The translations under genes were made by a program, and so were the position numbers. From the NCBI GenBank assembly GCA_947627255.1, contig CANQVI010000002.1:64047-128046 (forward strand): a DNA stretch of 64,000 nt, given 5' to 3'. The notes beneath the pieces were generated by a model. It made no database searches. It saw nothing but the letters and a program-made list of their open reading frames with translations, and was not told the origin of the DNA. The stretch comes from an uncultured Clostridia bacterium (GTDB lineage Bacteria > Bacillota > Clostridia > TANB77 > CAG-465). Numbering within the stretch: the stretch's first letter is position 1; every line of letters starts with the position of its first letter. Shown piece after piece: positions 19,402-28,378 of this stretch.

Positions 19402-20556
19402 ATGGAAGAAAGAATTAAATTAATTAAAGATAATTTAACTGGAGATTTAAATAAAGATTTAGAGTTTCTAAATTCTTTATATGAACAAGAAGAAAATACT
19501 ATAGAAGATGCCACAGCAACAATTAATGCAATAAATATAATATTAGAAGAACTAAATAAAAAGCAACAAGAGGAAAAAGACGAACAAGAAGTACAAACAA
19601 ATGATGAAGTAGAAGAGGAAGTACAAAGAACACCAGAAGAAATTGAAATAGACGAAAAAATAAAAGAGCTTTTAGGACATATTGATCAAGAAAGCGATGA
19701 TGAGGCAATCAAAAGTATAGAGGAGCTAATTACTAAAATTGAAGAACTTACAAAAAGCGATGATGATATTTTATATTGTAGCTTTAAAAATGAATTTGAA
19801 AAGAAACTATTTGAACGAATTTTTGCAGGTGAAAAGAAGGTAGTAGCCACTCCTTATGATAATGATACAATATATATAATTTACGCTAATTTATTGCTTA
19901 AGAAAAAGAGAAGAAATTTAGCAATGGCTGCACTTGATAGAGCAATATATTGGAACTTCTTAAATAGAGATGCAAGAGAGAAGAAACTAGACTTATTTTT
20001 TGCTAAGAAAGAAATTGTTAAATATTTAGATTCATTAAAATTATTACAAATGATTTCATACACTGCAATAGATTTAGCAGATTGTTATAATAAATATGGA
20101 TATGTATTTAATAGTTTAAATGATGTTAAATCTGCATATGCTATGTATAAATTAAGTTACGAGTATTATCAAGATGAAAATGTAGAAAAAATTATAAATA
20201 CATATGAAGAAATGGATCCATCTTTAAATAATATGTCAGATGAGGAAATATTAAAGTTAGCACAAGAAAATGAAGTTGTAATTGGACCAAACAGTAAAAT
20301 TATTAGTGCTGAAAGAGGTTTAATTACAGAATTAATTAATCAAGGATATATTCAAGAAGCAAAATTTATGCTTGAAAATGATTATTCTATGACAAGAGAT
20401 GATAACATTGCACAAATATATAATAGCTTGCTTGAACTTGAAAATAGTACAAATGAAACTCAACCTCAAGCCGAAGTAGAAGAAAGTAATGAAGAAGAAC
20501 AAGAACCACCAAAAAAGAAGACTACAAGAACTAGAAAAACTAAAAAAACTGAATAA
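19402..20556 (+). CDS. Hypothetical acidic protein with a Lys-rich tail
   Basis: 384-aa ORF with Glu/Asp-rich N- and C-terminal segments and a helical-repeat-like middle. No family recognised. Confidence 0.55.
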   Translation: MEERIKLIKDNLTGDLNKDLEFLNSLYEQEENTIEDATATINAINIILEELNKKQQEEKDEQEVQTNDEVEEEVQRTPEEIEIDEKIKELLGHIDQESDDEAIKSIEELITKIEELTKSDDDILYCSFKNEFEKKLFERIFAGEKKVVATPYDNDTIYIIYANLLLKKKRRNLAMAALDRAIYWNFLNRDAREKKLDLFFAKKEIVKYLDSLKLLQMISYTAIDLADCYNKYGYVFNSLNDVKSAYAMYKLSYEYYQDENVEKIINTYEEMDPSLNNMSDEEILKLAQENEVVIGPNSKIISAERGLITELINQGYIQEAKFMLENDYSMTRDDNIAQIYNSLLELENSTNETQPQAEVEESNEEEQEPPKKKTTRTRKTKKTE

Positions 20557-20559
20557 ATA

Positions 20560-20601
20560 AAGAAGTGAATTAGAAATTTTAATCTAATTCACTTCTTTTT
20601 T
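20560..20601. terminator. Bidirectional terminator
   Basis: Perfect 15-bp stem aagaagtgaattaga / tctaattcacttctt followed by a T-run. Confidence 0.85.
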
Positions 20602-21388
20602 ATATTCCTGAAACTGTTATCATATTGTTTGCCCATAGTTTATAGTAAAATGGTTTTGGATGAACTCCGTCACCTTCAAATTTTACACCATTTGGACTTT
20701 GATCAAGTAGTGGTCTATTATCTATATAAGTAATTCCATTATCGTCACATAGTTTTTTTAGTGCTGTATTAAATTCTTCTTCATATTTATATGCACTTTG
20801 TTTTTGTAAAGCAGTATCACTAACTGGTAGAATAGAATTAACACAGATACGAGCATTTGGTAATACAGATTTGACGTAGTCTATTGCATTTTGATAAGCG
20901 TTTATATATGAAGTTACATTACCATTAAATATAAGTAAATCATTTGCCCCATATGCTAAAAATACAGTAGTAGGATTTGAAGATACAGCTTTATTTACAT
21001 CTTCTTGTAGATATAAAACTGATCTTCCTCTTGTCCAAATGGCACAAGAAGAATCAAAGCCTTGGTAAACATCAAGCCCTTCAACAGTTGAATCACCAAT
21101 TACCATAGCTTTTTTTTGCTTAAAATAATCACTAGGATTATTTGTAGCAAGTGTCTCTGGTGTAGTAGTTGGTGCATATAAAGAGGCTTGTGCTATATCT
21201 TGTATATCTATAGCTAAGTTTTCAAAAGTAATAGTTGCTTTTGATATAAATTTTTTAATATCAGCTCCATATATAAATTTTAGAATTATTATGCCAAATA
21301 TTATAATACTAATAACAGATAATAAAATAACAATCAATATTTTATTATTATCATTATTTTTTTGTCTAATTGCTGCTCGCATGCACAT
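20600..21388 (-). CDS. SGNH/GDSL hydrolase family protein, membrane-anchored
   Basis: Block I VIGDSTVEGL, block III AYGANDL and block V DGVHP. N-terminal TM helix. Confidence 0.75.
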   Translation of the reverse strand: MCMRAAIRQKNNDNNKILIVILLSVISIIIFGIIILKFIYGADIKKFISKATITFENLAIDIQDIAQASLYAPTTTPETLATNNPSDYFKQKKAMVIGDSTVEGLDVYQGFDSSCAIWTRGRSVLYLQEDVNKAVSSNPTTVFLAYGANDLLIFNGNVTSYINAYQNAIDYVKSVLPNARICVNSILPVSDTALQKQSAYKYEEEFNTALKKLCDDNGITYIDNRPLLDQSPNGVKFEGDGVHPKPFYYKLWANNMITVSGI

Positions 21389-21514
21389 AGACTCCTTTCA
21401 ATATATATCTAAATTATATATCTTAAAATGTCTTTATTCAATATTTTAAGATAAATTATGACAAATATTTACTATATTAAATTAATGTGCTAAAATATTT
21501 AAAGGAGGAAAAAT

Positions 21515-22006
21515 ATGAATAAGAAAGGCATAGGTATTATATTAGTATTAGTAGTTTTAATCATTATTATAATATCGATAATTACATTAAATGGAAAAAC
21601 TAAAGTTGAGGATAAAAATATAGATGGAAATTTAGAAGATATAATGCAAAAATTATATAGTAACATACCTGAGGAAGAAATGCCATCAGCTTTAGTAAAT
21701 ACAGTTGTTACAGACGAAAACGTTGAATATTATCTTGGAACTTCAGATATAGATTATGTAGAAGCTGTTGCATCTGAACCTTCTATGAGTTCTATTGCAC
21801 ATTCAATTGTATTATTAAGAGTAGAAAATAGTGCACAAGCTCAAAAAGTAAAACAAAAGATAAAAGAAAACGTAAATCCTAGAAAATGGGTATGCGTTTG
21901 GGTAGAAGATGAAAATGTAAAAGTCGAAAGTAGAGGAAATTTAGTTGTATTAATAATGAATGATGCATTATCTGATAAAATACTAGAAAATTTTAACAAT
22001 TTATAA
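21515..22006 (+). CDS. Membrane-anchored protein, DUF4358-like
   Basis: N-terminal TM helix. The pattern of the remainder (SIAHSIVLLRVENSAQAQKVKQKIKENV) resembles DUF4358. Call made by eye only. Confidence 0.45.
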   Translation: MNKKGIGIILVLVVLIIIIISIITLNGKTKVEDKNIDGNLEDIMQKLYSNIPEEEMPSALVNTVVTDENVEYYLGTSDIDYVEAVASEPSMSSIAHSIVLLRVENSAQAQKVKQKIKENVNPRKWVCVWVEDENVKVESRGNLVVLIMNDALSDKILENFNNL

Positions 22007-22010
22007 AATA

Positions 22011-22046
22011 GACCAACCTAAAATATTAGGTTGGCTTTATTTTTTC
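22011..22046. terminator. Bidirectional terminator
   Basis: ccaaccta / taggttgg stem followed by ctttatttttt. It overlaps the 3' end of the convergent dapL-like gene. Confidence 0.6.
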
Positions 22047-23204
22047 TAATCTCTTTATTGCTTCAAGTGTGTTTTCTCTAGATGAAAATCCAGTAAATCT
22101 AAAATATCCTTCACCAGATTTTCCAAATCCTATTCCTGGTGTACCTAAAATCATATAGTTTTCTAATAAATAATAAAAGTAATCCCATGAGGGCATATTA
22201 CATTTTATCCATACATATGGTGAATTTATATTTGAAGTAGTGGACATATTTCTAGTTTTAAAAAAGTCATTTAATAGTTTAGTATTTTCTAAATAATAAT
22301 TTATATTATCTTTTAATTCCTTTTTAGAATTTGTAATGTATGTATTATAAATAGCATATTCACTAAGAAAAGATGGACCATTATATTTTGTATCCTTCAT
22401 ACGTTTAAATAGAAAATTAAGGGATACTGTAAGGCTATTAGATAAGTTTAAATTTATTTCTTTTGGCACAATAGTATATGATAGTCTTATTGGTGTAAAA
22501 CCGGCAGTTTTAGAGTAACTTCTAAATTCGATAGCAACTTTTTTTGAATTTTCTACTTCATAAATACTATGAACAGTATTTTCATCTTGTATAAATGCTT
22601 CATATGCACTATCAAAGAAAATTAAGCAATTATTTTCTATGGCATAGTCTATATATTTTTTTAATGTATCTTTTTTTATAACGTTTCCTGTAGGATTATT
22701 GGGAGAACAGATATATATGATGTCTATTTTTTCATTACAAGGTAGAAATGTATCTAAATTATCTATATATATAATTTTGTTTCCTCTCAGTATATTTGAG
22801 TCAACATATACTGGATATACAGGATCTTGAAGTGCAACTGTTATATTTTCTTTAAAGATATCTAGAATATTTGATATGTCAGATTTGGAGCTGTCACCAA
22901 TAAAAATTTCATCCTTTTGTATGTTTAAGTTTATATAATCATTTTTTATAATTTGTTCTTTTAAAAAGTCATGACCACTTGAAGGGGGATAGCCGGTAAA
23001 AGTTTTGGAATCTGAAAGAAGTAAAGAGGCTTTGTTAATTCCAGCTATACATGATTTTGAAAGTGGCAAAGTAACATCTCCAATACTTAAATCTATTAAG
23101 TCATTTTTCTTGTGTTTATTTATATATTTTTCTTTTTCTTTTGAGATTTTGGAAAATAAGTAATTATTTTCAATTTGTAAATAATTAGGATTAACTTGTG
23201 TCAT
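22026..23204 (-). CDS. dapL: LL-diaminopimelate aminotransferase-like class I aminotransferase
   Basis: N-terminal VNPNYLQIENNYLFSKI...IDLSIGDVTLPL and the PLP-lysine region SYSKTAGFT match the DapL pattern. 392 aa. Confidence 0.75.
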   Translation of the reverse strand: MTQVNPNYLQIENNYLFSKISKEKEKYINKHKKNDLIDLSIGDVTLPLSKSCIAGINKASLLLSDSKTFTGYPPSSGHDFLKEQIIKNDYINLNIQKDEIFIGDSSKSDISNILDIFKENITVALQDPVYPVYVDSNILRGNKIIYIDNLDTFLPCNEKIDIIYICSPNNPTGNVIKKDTLKKYIDYAIENNCLIFFDSAYEAFIQDENTVHSIYEVENSKKVAIEFRSYSKTAGFTPIRLSYTIVPKEINLNLSNSLTVSLNFLFKRMKDTKYNGPSFLSEYAIYNTYITNSKKELKDNINYYLENTKLLNDFFKTRNMSTTSNINSPYVWIKCNMPSWDYFYYLLENYMILGTPGIGFGKSGEGYFRFTGFSSRENTLEAIKRLEKIKPT

Positions 23205-23307
23205 ATAACCTCCTTAATAAAATATATATTTAAAAATATAAAAATATTCTATTTTATTGACTAAAGAACAAATGTTTGGTATAATCTAATCATAGTAGGG
23301 TGATAAT

Positions 23308-23664
23308 ATGAGTGAGGATAGATATATCAATATTTTAAATGAGCTTAAAAAATCTAAGTTTAGAAGTAGTTTTAAACTATCTGATAAAGATAAAGAATAT
23401 ATTGAGAAAAAAGGAATAGAGAAGATAAGAGAACATGCATATGATTTTATAACCAAAAGATTAGCTCCTGGAAAAATATATAATGATGGTAAGCAAACAC
23501 CAATGCATGGACATCCTGTTTTTATAGCTCAACATGCTACTGCAACATGCTGTAGGATGTGCTTATATAAATGGCATAGAATTAAACCTGGATATATGCT
23601 TACTCAAGATCAAATAGATTATATAGTTAATTTAATAATTGAATGGATAAAAATAAATGTATAA
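23308..23664 (+). CDS. DUF4186 domain protein
   Basis: HPVFIAQHATATCCRMCLYKWHRI is the characteristic DUF4186 Cys motif. Confidence 0.7.
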   Translation: MSEDRYINILNELKKSKFRSSFKLSDKDKEYIEKKGIEKIREHAYDFITKRLAPGKIYNDGKQTPMHGHPVFIAQHATATCCRMCLYKWHRIKPGYMLTQDQIDYIVNLIIEWIKINV

Positions 23665-23753
23665 ATATATTTAAAAATTAACAAAAATATGTTAAAATAT
23701 TATTGTTACTTAAATAATGTGCCTAAAAATAATTTTTAAAGGAGGAAAAGAAA

Positions 23754-23966
23754 ATGAATATTGTATTTTATGTATTGATATTAATATTGGTAGAAATACT
23801 TGCAGGTATTTTAGTAAGTATGTATATTGATATTAAAGATTCAAAGAAAAAGAAAATTATTAATATAGTAATTATCACTATAACAATAATTTCCATCATA
23901 GTATTAATAATCTTTTCTTTTCAATTCTTTAATTTAATAACCGATTTAGCGTCTACTATAAAGTAG
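23754..23966 (+). CDS. Small two-TM membrane protein
   Basis: 70 aa with AAGGAGG SD 8 nt upstream. Two hydrophobic helices separated by KDSKKKK. A hairpin overlaps the stop codon. Confidence 0.5.
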   Translation: MNIVFYVLILILVEILAGILVSMYIDIKDSKKKKIINIVIITITIISIIVLIIFSFQFFNLITDLASTIK

Positions 23967-24011
23967 ACGCTATTAATTTGTATATTTATTGTATATTTAT
24001 TAAATTAATTC

Positions 24012-24040
24012 TTGACTTTACATAAAAATAGTGATATAAT
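24012..24040 (+). promoter_or_regulatory. Near-consensus extended -10 promoter with no downstream ORF
   Basis: TTGACT (24012-24017), 17-nt spacer with TG at 24032-24033, TATAAT (24035-24040). Confidence 0.65.
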
Positions 24041-24046
24041 TATTTT

Positions 24047-24233
24047 CGTAGTAAAAAGTAATACGAAAAAATTAATATTTTATCGAAATCAGATAAAAGA
24101 AATTTTCCGAATGCAGACGGAAAAAATAAAAAAAGTTCTTCTATAACGCTCGGAAGGACTGCCTTTCTAAAAAAGTAGTTTTACTTTTACTACTCTTCTT
24201 AATTCTCCATCGTTTATACGATGGAGTTTTTTT
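24047..24233 (+). ncRNA. Candidate structured small RNA of about 185 nt, unclassified
   Basis: Bounded by the promoter above and the terminator ctccatcg-tttata-cgatggag plus T7 (24205-24233). No ORF with an SD. Internal hairpins are present, and 24048-24061 can pair with 24181-24193. Confidence 0.4.
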
Positions 24234-24235
24234 AT

Positions 24236-24268
24236 ATAAAAAAATACTAGGTACAAATCGTACCTAGT
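24236..24268 (-). terminator. Rho-independent terminator
   Basis: actaggtac / gtacctagt stem with a T-run on the minus strand. Confidence 0.75.
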
Positions 24269-24274
24269 AAAAAA

Positions 24275-24667
24275 TTATGCTATTATTTCTATTGAAATAG
24301 CTGTTTTTAGTATTGTATTGTCTTCTTTTAAAAGAGCAATTACTAATTCTTTGATATTTTTTGATTCATCAATATCTAAAGAAACAGTTATATCTTTGCT
24401 AGAATTAGCATGGATATTTTCAAAGCCTGTTTTTACATCATATGGAAATTTCTTTTCGACTCTAAAATATGTATCATTATTACTGTGATTAGTAATTTTA
24501 ATCTTTATTATATTGCCAAAATCATCTGTATATTTTCCACGTATAAGTGCAATACCGGCTCCATCAATTTCATCAAAATTGACTTTTAAAATTTCTCCTT
24601 CCTTAGCATCATAACCAAAATTCTTTTTGCCATAGGCAAAATAAAACAAATCTCTTTTCATTTTCAT
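24275..24667 (-). CDS. Hypothetical beta-rich protein
   Basis: 130-aa ORF with AAAGGAGA SD. No family recognised. Confidence 0.5.
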   Translation of the reverse strand: MKMKRDLFYFAYGKKNFGYDAKEGEILKVNFDEIDGAGIALIRGKYTDDFGNIIKIKITNHSNNDTYFRVEKKFPYDVKTGFENIHANSSKDITVSLDIDESKNIKELVIALLKEDNTILKTAISIEIIA

Positions 24668-24774
24668 ATCTCCTTTTCTAATTAGATTTGGCTAAAATTT
24701 TTTGAACATTTATATTATAACATATTTAAAATATTATGTCAATAAAAAGTAGAAAGCAAGTGCTTTCTACCACG

Positions 24775-25548
24775 TTATTCAAGTATATTAAAAATGCTAT
24801 CTATATTCATAAAAGAATGAGATATATCATCATCTGTCAAATCACCAAAGTTTATATTTATTATTTTCATTTTATTATAAAGTTCAGTGCAAGTTCTTTC
24901 AACAGGGTGTTCTGACATAGTAGTGTAGTATTCAATGAATAGATAACATGCAATTTTCGTTTTTAAGTCATTTACATCACCTTGAATTGCTGTAGTATAA
25001 ATGTTTTTAATAAAATCAGCAGGTTTTTGATTTTTATATAGCAAATTGTATAAGTCTAAAGTAGAGTAGCCTCTTTTAAAACATTCTAATACTATTTCTT
25101 TATAGTTTTCATAGTAACTATTAAATCTAGATAAATCAGTATCATACAAATATTTGTCGTATATTTCTTCAGGATAAATTTGAGATTTATTTATTGAAAT
25201 ATCATTAATTAGGTAGAATAAATTTGCACCCAATAATCTGTATAAATTGTAATATCCAGTATTTTCAATGCAAAGTCTAAAGGCCTCAAGTGTAATATAG
25301 TTAATATCAACATAGAAAGGTAATTTCTCAGTTAATTGATTTTCAAGTAAAGTTAAAAATTTCATGAATTTTTTATATTTTGTGTTGTCAAATATACTAG
25401 AAATTCCAGTTGATACCATATAAGTTACTTTACCTTTAGGTGAGGTATATAGTAAACATTCATTGCCAAATTTTGTCTGAACACGAGCATCTAATGCTGT
25501 AAAACAAACATCCTTTTTTGAATTTTTTTGATTACAATTTTCATTCAT
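24775..25548 (-). CDS. Hypothetical protein
   Basis: Start moved to ATG 25548 (MNENCNQ), which lies 8 nt after AAGGAGG. The track start at 25611 has no SD. No family recognised. Confidence 0.55.
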   Translation of the reverse strand: MNENCNQKNSKKDVCFTALDARVQTKFGNECLLYTSPKGKVTYMVSTGISSIFDNTKYKKFMKFLTLLENQLTEKLPFYVDINYITLEAFRLCIENTGYYNLYRLLGANLFYLINDISINKSQIYPEEIYDKYLYDTDLSRFNSYYENYKEIVLECFKRGYSTLDLYNLLYKNQKPADFIKNIYTTAIQGDVNDLKTKIACYLFIEYYTTMSEHPVERTCTELYNKMKIININFGDLTDDDISHSFMNIDSIFNILE

Positions 25549-25742
25549 AATCTTTTCCTCCTTTAATAATTTTATGGAGACCGTTCTGGCCTCCAAAATT
25601 TTGGAAGCCACAATGTTTTGTGCTTCGAGTTTTTATTATAGCATTATTTACATAAAAAAGCAATACTTTTTAATAAATTTATAAAACGATTGAATATTTT
25701 TTATATAAATGATAATATAAATATATAAGTTCGGAGGTAATA

Positions 25743-27146
25743 ATGTATAATTCAGAATTAAATGATGACGGAACTAAAAAGGTTGATACTATAAATAGTA
25801 ATATTAATGAAAATAATACAAATAATAATATAAAAAGTGTTTTTGCAGGAGAAGAAGTCGTGTTAGATGATGAAGTAGATAAGAATACTACTAAAAAACT
25901 AATAAATAAAAAGATTATAATTGGTGTTATTTGCCTTGTAGCAATTATTATTTGTGTTATTGTATATGCTGTATATATTAAGGTAACTAGTAATAATGAT
26001 ATAGATAATGAACTACCAGATGAGTCTGCATTACTTGTAACACCAAAGGATACATATGAAGGGCTAAATTACACATCTAATAAAGTTGTGCTTCAAGAAA
26101 TAGGCTTTTTCTATGATCATTCTAAAAATATAGAAGGAAGTAAGATAGAATTATCATATATCAGTATTGATGGATTAAAAGACGAACAACTTGAAAATAA
26201 AATTAATAACTACTTAGAAGAAGAAGTAAATAAACTTTATACTCAAGAAAATATACAAAATGAAAAAGTGTTATATGACCATGTATATAATGCTACTGAT
26301 GTATTTGTGTTTAATAACGTTTTATCAACATTATATTGCAAGGAAGTATGCGATATTGATGGAAATATAACTTATACATATAAAGGTATAAACTTAAATT
26401 TAAAGAAATTTGAGGAGTTTAACATTAATGATGTATTTACTAATACTACTAAAGTTGAAGATTTATTAAATGATGATTTAAAAGCGATATATTCAAGTGA
26501 TAAATTTACATTTTGTATATCTCCAAAATTTATATACATCCCTAATGGAAAAAATATAGAAAAGATAAATCTATACGAAAATATGGATAAAGTTGCTATA
26601 TATAAAAGATATAGTGATGGCAAAAAAATGTTTAATAAGACATTTAATGCAACACCATATGTATTTACAACTAAGAAATTCTTTGAAACAGATTTATACG
26701 GAGTGTCAGACAATATATTTATAGATACTTGTAATAACATAGTAGACTTAGATATAAATGATAATATAAAACAAGCAGCAAATAATTTATATAAAAATGT
26801 AGTAAATAAAGTAAGAAATATTGCATATTCTAATTCTTCTAAAAGATATCTAGTACAGATTATATCTAATGTAAAAAAGGATGAAGACGGTTTTTATGAT
26901 ATTAAAGTAGAGTATAATCTATACGAATTAAGTAAGGAATTCTTTAATGATAATATATCAAATTTTGTAGTTGCATCAGAAAATAAAGAAGATGATGAAT
27001 ATTCAGTTGCAAATTATTTTGTAAATCCAGTTATGGGGGCAAGTGAGTATTTAGAGTCTATGCAAACAGATTCACAAACAATAAAAGTTGATGAAAACGG
27101 TAAAGAAAAAGAAGAAGATATAGAATTGGAAATAGGAGTTAGTTAA
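25743..27146 (+). CDS. Membrane-anchored protein with DUF4163/DUF3298-like (RsiV/PdaC-type) extracellular region
   Basis: Single TM helix (IIIGVICLVAIIICVIVYAVYI). IELSYISIDGLKDEQLENKINNYLEEEV matches the DUF4163 pattern by eye. Confidence 0.5.
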   Translation: MYNSELNDDGTKKVDTINSNINENNTNNNIKSVFAGEEVVLDDEVDKNTTKKLINKKIIIGVICLVAIIICVIVYAVYIKVTSNNDIDNELPDESALLVTPKDTYEGLNYTSNKVVLQEIGFFYDHSKNIEGSKIELSYISIDGLKDEQLENKINNYLEEEVNKLYTQENIQNEKVLYDHVYNATDVFVFNNVLSTLYCKEVCDIDGNITYTYKGINLNLKKFEEFNINDVFTNTTKVEDLLNDDLKAIYSSDKFTFCISPKFIYIPNGKNIEKINLYENMDKVAIYKRYSDGKKMFNKTFNATPYVFTTKKFFETDLYGVSDNIFIDTCNNIVDLDINDNIKQAANNLYKNVVNKVRNIAYSNSSKRYLVQIISNVKKDEDGFYDIKVEYNLYELSKEFFNDNISNFVVASENKEDDEYSVANYFVNPVMGASEYLESMQTDSQTIKVDENGKEKEEDIELEIGVS

Positions 27147-27153
27147 TTATATA

Positions 27154-27190
27154 AAACATCTTAAATGAATAATTTAAGGTGTTTTTATTT
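27154..27190 (+). terminator. Rho-independent terminator
   Basis: aaacatcttaaat / atttaaggtgttt stem with one wobble, then a T-run. Confidence 0.75.
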
Positions 27191-27280
27191 AGCTTGGTCT
27201 TTACAAAAGATTTTAAATAAGATATACTTTAATTGTATAATTAAAATACCATCTAAATAATATGAAAGGATGTTTAGACA

Positions 27281-27535
27281 ATGAGAAATGTATGGGAAGC
27301 ATTATCTGATTCTACAAGAAGAGAAATTTTAAAAATTTTAAAAAAAGGTGAATTAAGTGCAGGTGAAATTTTTAATTTTTTTGATATAACAAAACCTTCT
27401 CTTAGTCATCACTTGTCTGTTTTAAAACAAGCAGAACTTGTAAATTCATATAAACAAGGTCAAAATATAATATATTCGTTAAATGCAAGTTCACTTAATG
27501 AAGTTTCAGATTATATTAGAGGTCTTAAAAAATAG
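27281..27535 (+). CDS. ArsR-family (SdpR-like) transcriptional repressor
   Basis: LSDSTRREILKIL...GELSAGEI...TKPSLSHHLSVLKQAELV is an ArsR winged-HTH. 84 aa. Confidence 0.8.
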   Translation: MRNVWEALSDSTRREILKILKKGELSAGEIFNFFDITKPSLSHHLSVLKQAELVNSYKQGQNIIYSLNASSLNEVSDYIRGLKK

Positions 27536-27548
27536 AGGGGGAACATAT

Positions 27549-28247
27549 ATGAAAGCTAAGAAAAACAAGAAAAATTTTACAATTATAGCTATAGGGTTAA
27601 TTAATTTAATTTTATCAATAGTTGTAATACATAATTTATCTAATAATGTACCTATCAATGTTTTTGCTACTAACATTGTAGATAAAATGTATTCAAAAAA
27701 TTTCTTATTTATAATACCTGCTGTTGTAATGGCACTTTGCGTTTTTCAATTACTATATAGATTAAATACTATGGATAAAACTGTTACTACAGGAAAAAGA
27801 ATAGAGGATGCAATATTTTCTTTACTAACAGGATCTTTATTGTTAGTAAACTGGACATTAATATACATAGGTTATAGATTTACACAAACAACATTAATAA
27901 AAATAGATATACCAATTATATATATTGCAACATCATTTTTAGGTGTACTTATGATTGCAATCTATAGCACATATCCAATTAATAAAATGGGAAGTTTCTG
28001 TGGTCTTAGAACAAAAGAAACATTAGCAGATGAAGAAATATGGAGAGTTTCAAATAGATTTAATGCTTTTACAGGTTTTGTAGCTGGATTAGTTGTAATT
28101 GGAATTAGCATATATTTTGCTTTATTTGGATTTAATTGGGTATATTTGGTATTAGCATTATTTGCTTGTTTTATATTAATGTTTTATGTACCTAAGTTGT
28201 ATTCTCAAAGTGTAAGCAGAAAAAAAGCAGAAAGAGTAATAGAATAA
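27549..28247 (+). CDS. SdpI/YhfL-family membrane protein
   Basis: Start set at ATG 27549 (MKAKKNKK) after AGGGGGA SD. Multi-TM. GLRTKETLADEEIWRVSNRF matches the SdpI family motif. Confidence 0.75.
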   Translation: MKAKKNKKNFTIIAIGLINLILSIVVIHNLSNNVPINVFATNIVDKMYSKNFLFIIPAVVMALCVFQLLYRLNTMDKTVTTGKRIEDAIFSLLTGSLLLVNWTLIYIGYRFTQTTLIKIDIPIIYIATSFLGVLMIAIYSTYPINKMGSFCGLRTKETLADEEIWRVSNRFNAFTGFVAGLVVIGISIYFALFGFNWVYLVLALFACFILMFYVPKLYSQSVSRKKAERVIE

Positions 28248-28252
28248 GTTAT

Positions 28253-28280
28253 AGCCTTGGTTATTCCAAGGCTTATTTTA
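28253..28280 (+). terminator. Rho-independent terminator
   Basis: agccttgg / ccaaggct stem followed by tatttta. Confidence 0.6.
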
Positions 28281-28292
28281 TGCTTACCGTTG

Positions 28293-28321
28293 TTGACATA
28301 AAAAATAAAATGTGATATAAT
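28293..28321 (+). promoter_or_regulatory. Consensus extended -10 promoter
   Basis: TTGACA, 17-nt spacer with TG, TATAAT (28316-28321). Confidence 0.7.
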
Positions 28322-28378
28322 TATTGTGCATTAAATATATTAGGCCAATAAAAGATTTTTTTAGGGAGGTGGATAAAT

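Noticed and set aside
25549-25600. The hairpin plus A-rich tail plus SD (ggaggccagaacggtctcc ataaaattattaaaggagg) looked superficially like a preQ1-I riboswitch.
   Set aside because: The hairpin folds as a simple 7-bp stem with a 5-nt loop, too small for the preQ1 pocket and pseudoknot. The downstream gene is not a queuosine or transport gene.
27483-27548. The track extends the SdpI-like ORF upstream to 27483, overlapping the ArsR gene by 53 nt.
   Set aside because: ATG 27549 sits 7 nt after AGGGGGA and begins the typical basic N-terminus followed by a TM helix. The upstream extension has no SD and lies inside the repressor gene.
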